The position numbers were made by a program, and so were the translations under genes. 64,000 nt of DNA, from the NCBI RefSeq assembly GCF_036588685.1, contig NC_086381.1:16926001-16990000 (forward strand), written 5' to 3'. The notes beneath the pieces are model-generated. The model was not told the DNA's origin. It did not search any database and worked only from the letters and a program-made list of their open reading frames with translations. The stretch is from Mytilus trossulus. Its lineage: Eukaryota. Position 1 is the first letter of the stretch. Each line of letters begins with the position of its first letter. Shown here piece by piece: positions 60,801-64,000 of this stretch.

Positions 60801-63505
60801 CAACATGGTTGGCAAACAGGTAGCAGTAGTGATAAGCGCGGATGGTATATGTGTAATGATAGTACTAACGTGGTTATTAAAAAAGTAGCTGGAGTAAGTA
60901 CACAAGATGTAATTTGTGTAACAATAGTACTTACGAAGTAAGTAAAATGATACCAGAGTGAGAATACCATGTGATACATAGTGGTATGCTAAACGAATAC
61001 GATATATTTGAAGTCGGTTAATTCCAATTGTGTGAAAGCGAATTTAAGCTCGAATCCCAATATGGACTTTACTAACCCCATTTGTTAGCTAGACTAGTAG
61101 CCTATCACAGTGATCATAAGTATACCACTTCTAACCGTGAAAAGAAATAAACCGCGTCTTATAACCCCATATGACTAATAATTAGTCTTCATGCTTTTAA
61201 CCAATTATTTTCCTAGAAATGTATTTGAAGTAAGATAACAGTACTTACATGGTTCTCAAATTAGTAGCTGGAGATAAGAGACCAGATGATATTTGTTCAA
61301 CATTGTTGTTAAACATATATAAATGTTGTAATCTAGTCTGACTAACAAATGATCCTGTAGGTATTACACTGATCTCATTATTGTTCAAATATCTGCAAAT
61401 TAAAACAAAATATAAGTTGTACTTTCCAGAAAAAACTTATTAAATGAATACATTCTAAAATAGCATTCAATAACAGTCCATGAACGTTTGTCTTCAGTGG
61501 ATTTATCATTACCAGTTAGATACCATCTTTAGATATTTCATAGGTACATGTAGAGAACCCCATTTCTACAATTAAACCAAATTATAATTTTGTATAGAAA
61601 TGCATGCAGACTTAGATTGTCAAAACCATGAAGTCTTGTATAATAAAAAGTGCAAGTGTTCCTCTCCGTTTAAAAACAGATATCCACATTATATTTTACA
61701 GCACAAATATTCACCAAAGAAACAAGGACAAAACTATTATTCCTTTTCACAGGATTTATAAGCCAATATATATATTTCCTATTAACCTTGTGTTTAAAAT
61801 ATTCAGCCGTTCAATGACCACAATTCAATTTTGATCGTGTATTCTAAGGTATCGATTTCATTTAGTTCGTGTTAAGAATTCATTGTTAATTAATGGTTAT
61901 AATTAGGGGAACAAAAAACGTTAATGCTAACTGAAATGCTAATTCCTAGTTTTTCTGATTATGCTGGTGAAAAATAAAAAGAAAGGAAACACTCAAAATG
62001 TATTTTTATCTGATGCAATGACAAAAAATGAATAAATCCACATTAATTAAGATTTACTTTCGAACCATTTTACTTTTCTAGTATATTTTTTTCTTGTTTA
62101 TGGTACATTTCATATAAATCAAAAACCAAATAACGGAGAACGTGTCCGTCGGACACATATAAGTTTCCGCGCGCATATAAAAGCATAGAGGACATAAACT
62201 ATAACAATAAAAGTGACGCCACCCAGTTTGAACGTGGTCTGTTATTTGTGATACGTATAAAGCATTATAAATAAGTTTCATAAAAAGTCAAATCAGAAAA
62301 ATATCAAAACGGTAATTTGGTTGAATCAAATTCTGGATAGAGAATAGACACCTTTATATATTGATAGCATAACATCATTATATGATATATACTGTTTGAA
62401 CGTTAAATTCTTCTACAAATTATGAAGAATACATCAAAAACAAAAGAACAATTTATGCAAATGTGTTTCTGTAATACATATTCCTGGTCTGCTTTTTTAA
62501 AATTAGTTTATTTAAGGGAAAATGATGTAAATACGAAAGTATGTAATAGATGATAAGAATGGTTTCGTATATTTTTTGTAAATCTTTACCCATCTATTGT
62601 TTCATTTCTGTCATTAAATTAAAATTCTGTAATTTCTTGAAATCCAGAGTAAATATCTAGAGCCAACTCGACGGTTGCAATAACTTTATTTTAAAAACTG
62701 TTTGTAGTGTGTTATGAATCTTTTGGATATTCCGATAACTACTGATGTACAGTTTTCATGAGTATATAATGAACGCGGAGCTTTTAAAATTCTTATTTCT
62801 TGTCGTGCTTACCAGCGTGTAACGTTTGATCATCTTCGTCCTATAATTGCGTGACATAAATCGTCTTTTGCGCGACAAAACGCATGACATTAGAGTGAAA
62901 AATTACTACATTCTCGCAGATCTATTCAAATACATAAAAAAATAGACATAACTTCTAAAATAAAAAACTCAACAAAAATACTGTTGAAATAAACTGAAAC
63001 CAATTTACTTAATTTAACGAAAAAATGAATTAGTTGATTAATTTGAACTGTTTTATCGGTCATATTGCATACATATGTGTATGATTGAGCTGAACACACA
63101 AATAACTGTCAACCCATAGAAAAGTTTGAAACTCCATAACAAGATGGACTTCATTATCTCTTAGTTAAAAAAAAATTAACGATAATCTTAAATAACAAGA
63201 ATACAAGAATACAAGAATACAAGAATACAAGTACTAGACAAGGAGGGATCTATAATAGATGATTCCCTTGTCGATATCATCTGCATGCCTGTGCTTACAT
63301 TTGAAGTGGAGTAATTTCATTCAATGCTATGGGATAGACGGTCAGTCCATTATTTTGTAGGTAAATGTAATCCACATCAACATTACGAAATCCATCAGAC
63401 GTAATACTGGTTAATCCGTTGTTGTACATTTGCAGATATTCTACAGAGGATGTTCCACCAAAGATAGAAGATGATATGGTTTTTAGTTGATTATTATAGA
63501 GATAC
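22525..63505 (-). CDS. Mega-thrombospondin-like giant extracellular protein, 5'-partial, 38 exons: 63505-63299, 61392-61249, 56909-56718, 56307-56120, 55736-55592, 55177-54729, 53429-53141, 52533-52444, 51826-51654, 51195-51098, 50701-50476, 50074-49952, 49247-49063, 48611-48442, 47467-47214, 46628-46506, 44059-43848, 43544-43388, 42952-42789, 42181-42016, 41781-41456, 40947-40696, 40218-40069, 39239-39135, 38406-38299, 37325-37166, 36136-35959, 34878-34793, 34129-34034, 31497-31273, 30932-30742, 30108-29936, 28742-28518, 27805-27606, 26719-26649, 26338-26258, 23134-22934, 22572-22525
   Basis: Every exon is bounded by AG/GT, the phases chain without a stop (6631 nt in total) and the frame ends ...[15 protein letters not shown]. 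The EGF-TSP3-TSP_C core preceded by LRR, cadherin and discoidin modules fits my recollection of the described mega-thrombospondin class; the family name is unverified. Confidence 0.88.
23621..24091. mobile_element. HINE/Helentron-like (DINE-1/pearl-type) non-autonomous element
   Basis: AACAAG start, two ~170-bp internal repeats, (GACT/GACG)n microsatellite and terminal hairpin TATACCCCC...GGGGGTATA, inserted in an A/T run. Confidence 0.8.
25555..26218. mobile_element. Degenerate MITE, possibly PIF/Harbinger-like
   Basis: Imperfect TIRs ggcgtcacacat / atgtgtgacgtc; interior rich in cgta/tacg. Confidence 0.5.
27883..28093. mobile_element. TA-flanked CTGT...ACAG MITE
   Basis: tactgtcgattca ... 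tgactccacagta. Confidence 0.55.
28518..31497 (-). CDS. Last TSP type-3 repeat and TSP C-terminal (L-lectin-like) domain exons
   Basis: DPEWRV...GREIYQ, YSGTVYV....[67 protein letters not shown]. Confidence 0.9.
28808..29180 (-). mobile_element. Mollusc SINE fragment, Nin-domain-like
   Basis: aagatgtggtatg..tgccaatgagacaactctcc...ggccttcaaca also occurs, decayed, near 470-520, 60705-60805 and, inverted, near 8520, 31040 and 38570. Confidence 0.55.
31600..32620 (+). mobile_element. 5'-truncated L1/Tx1-like LINE, zf-RVT C-terminus, antisense to the host gene
   Basis: ORF 31702-32352: [46 protein letters not shown]; frameshifted upstream; AATAAA near 32613. Confidence 0.85.
32753..34093 (-). 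repeat. Tandem array of ~20 x 67 bp, each unit made of the 3' part of a TSP3 exon plus its splice donor
   Basis: Period 67 (ggacaattat at 33121 and 33188). The minus-strand unit reads [21 protein letters not shown]|GTATGT. Confidence 0.95.
34034..39239 (-). CDS. TSP type-3 calcium-binding repeat exons
   Basis: Repeated DNCP...N..Q.D.D.DGVGD.CD motifs. Confidence 0.93.
35094..35374. mobile_element. HINE-like element, same family as 63822-64000
   Basis: aacaagaatgtgtc.aaagtacacggatgcccc ... tggggcataaaaa. Confidence 0.65.
36588..37120. mobile_element. Foldback MITE with ~150-bp TIRs, Kolobok-like
   Basis: aaaggacaaggta.gataag / ttatcgtaccttgtcctttaa plus long inverted internal arms (ttttggaaagctacttatta...tttgaagtttgttt.gatgaacttcaaaacca). 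Confidence 0.85.
37564..38122. mobile_element. Kolobok-like MITE, longer relative of 9013-9289
   Basis: aaagaagtaggtttagtaag / cttaccggacctactccttt. Confidence 0.75.
39590..39995. mobile_element. HINE-like element
   Basis: aaactaga start, internal repeat (atctgaaggcgt.tagaaaaa), ggaatt microsatellite and 3' hairpin caacttcgttgcggggccataaaaa. Confidence 0.55.
40069..42952 (-). CDS. Cys-rich (GCC2/GCC3-like) repeats and EGF/cbEGF exons
   Basis: [22 protein letters not shown]; [18 protein letters not shown]; [15 protein letters not shown]. Confidence 0.88.
43388..46628 (-). CDS. Discoidin (F5/8 type C) domain exons
   Basis: [17 protein letters not shown]...RARL; GGWVAG.ND.DQYIEV; WVTSF; [22 protein letters not shown]. 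Confidence 0.92.
44345..46250 (-). mobile_element. Decayed L1/Tx1-like LINE ORF2 with multiple frameshifts
   Basis: LADDTTLF near 46240; [19 protein letters not shown]; [12 protein letters not shown]; SIPKPW; A-rich tail near 44350. Confidence 0.8.
47214..50074 (-). CDS. Cadherin-like repeat exons
   Basis: [18 protein letters not shown]; [11 protein letters not shown] (DxNDN); DSDSGINA; [11 protein letters not shown]. Confidence 0.88.
49509..49800 (+). mobile_element. Retrozyme/Penelope-type repeat with hammerhead at 49721-49763
   Basis: GCGTCA CTGATGA GTCTTATGTAGAC GAAA CGCGCG TC GGCGT; the core is intact but 1 nt is missing from stem I. Confidence 0.8.
50476..53429 (-). CDS. Fibro-slime / PA14-like domain exons
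   Basis: [18 protein letters not shown]...HNFAFTS...[27 protein letters not shown]...[21 protein letters not shown]. Confidence 0.8.
54371..54657 (+). mobile_element. Retrozyme/Penelope-type repeat starting in a 5'-truncated hammerhead
   Basis: tgagtcttacgtagacgaaacgcgcgtctggcg lacks the initial CTGA and is followed by the rest of the monomer. Confidence 0.75.
54729..55736 (-). CDS. FN3-like domain with an inserted Thr/Ser-rich repeat
   Basis: [11 protein letters not shown] ... WEYLVIC ... [12 protein letters not shown] (LxPxTxY). Confidence 0.65.
54934..55045 (-). repeat. Coding 27-bp tandem repeat (TSTAADTTY) x ~4
   Basis: ataagtggtatca at 54934, 54961, 54988 and 55015. Confidence 0.9.
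56120..63505 (-). CDS. Leucine-rich repeat exons and LRR C-terminal cap
   Basis: [34 protein letters not shown] and [15 protein letters not shown]; phase-2 introns typical of LRR genes. Confidence 0.9.
63195..63230 (+). repeat. (ACAAGAAT)n short tandem repeat, ~4.5 copies
   Basis: Seen directly. Confidence 0.8.
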
Positions 63506-64000
63506 CTGAAATTGAAATCTAGATATCTTAGTACCAACACATTTATTCAATTAAAAGATTTATAATTATTTACATTTTCATAATTTAATCCTATTCAACT
63601 TATTTTTTTCAAGAAAAAAAAATTCAACAAATAAATGAAACCATGATTTTGAGAATCTGAGAACATGTTTGTTCTAATCAGATTTCTTCTTTTATATCTA
63701 CCGTTTGGGACACATTTCAAAATTTAAGCGTGAAAATCAAAACATATTTTTTTCAATTCTTTAACATGTGTACATGGTGTATGTCTTTCAGATGAAAATG
63801 ATATGGAAAAATGATTGAAAACAATAATGTGTCCATAGAACACGGATACCCCACTTGCACTATCATTTTGAATGTTCAGTGGACCGTGAAATTCAGGACA
63901 ATACTGTAATTTGTCATAAAAATTTTAAAAAATCATATCATAGAGAAGATGTGAACTAAGTTTCAAGTGTAGTGGACTTCAACTTCATTAACAACTACCT

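Overview
AT-rich, intron-rich animal genomic DNA, most likely a bivalve mollusc. A Mytilus-like origin is inferred from the repeat families and gene types and is not proven. Plus strand: two tandem fibrinogen-related (FReD) genes, namely the last two exons of copy 1 and a complete 6-exon copy 2 (signal peptide, coiled coil, Cys-rich EB-like module, fibrinogen C domain). Intron 2 of copy 2 holds a 4.3-kb Ginger2-like DNA transposon with TGT...ACA ends, subterminal repeat arrays and a decayed, intron-containing integrase that may end in a Tudor/Agenet-like domain. Minus strand (63505 to 22525): 38 hand-assembled, phase-consistent exons (6631 nt, about 2210 codons; the N-terminus lies outside the window) of a giant mosaic extracellular protein of the mega-thrombospondin type. 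Domain order is LRR, FN3, fibro-slime/PA14-like, cadherin, discoidin F5/8C, Cys-rich, EGF, TSP type-3, TSP C-terminal L-lectin and LamG-like. Standout oddities: (1) a spliced fibro-slime domain with an altered Ca/sugar motif; (2) a ~20-copy 67-bp array made of an exon end plus its splice donor, one of at least six exon-boundary duplications in this gene; (3) an intact second copy of the last two exons plus 3' UTR; (4) Penelope/retrozyme-type repeats carrying minimal type I hammerhead ribozymes. L1/Tx1 and other LINE fragments, HINE/Helentron-like elements, MITEs and SINE fragments fill the introns.
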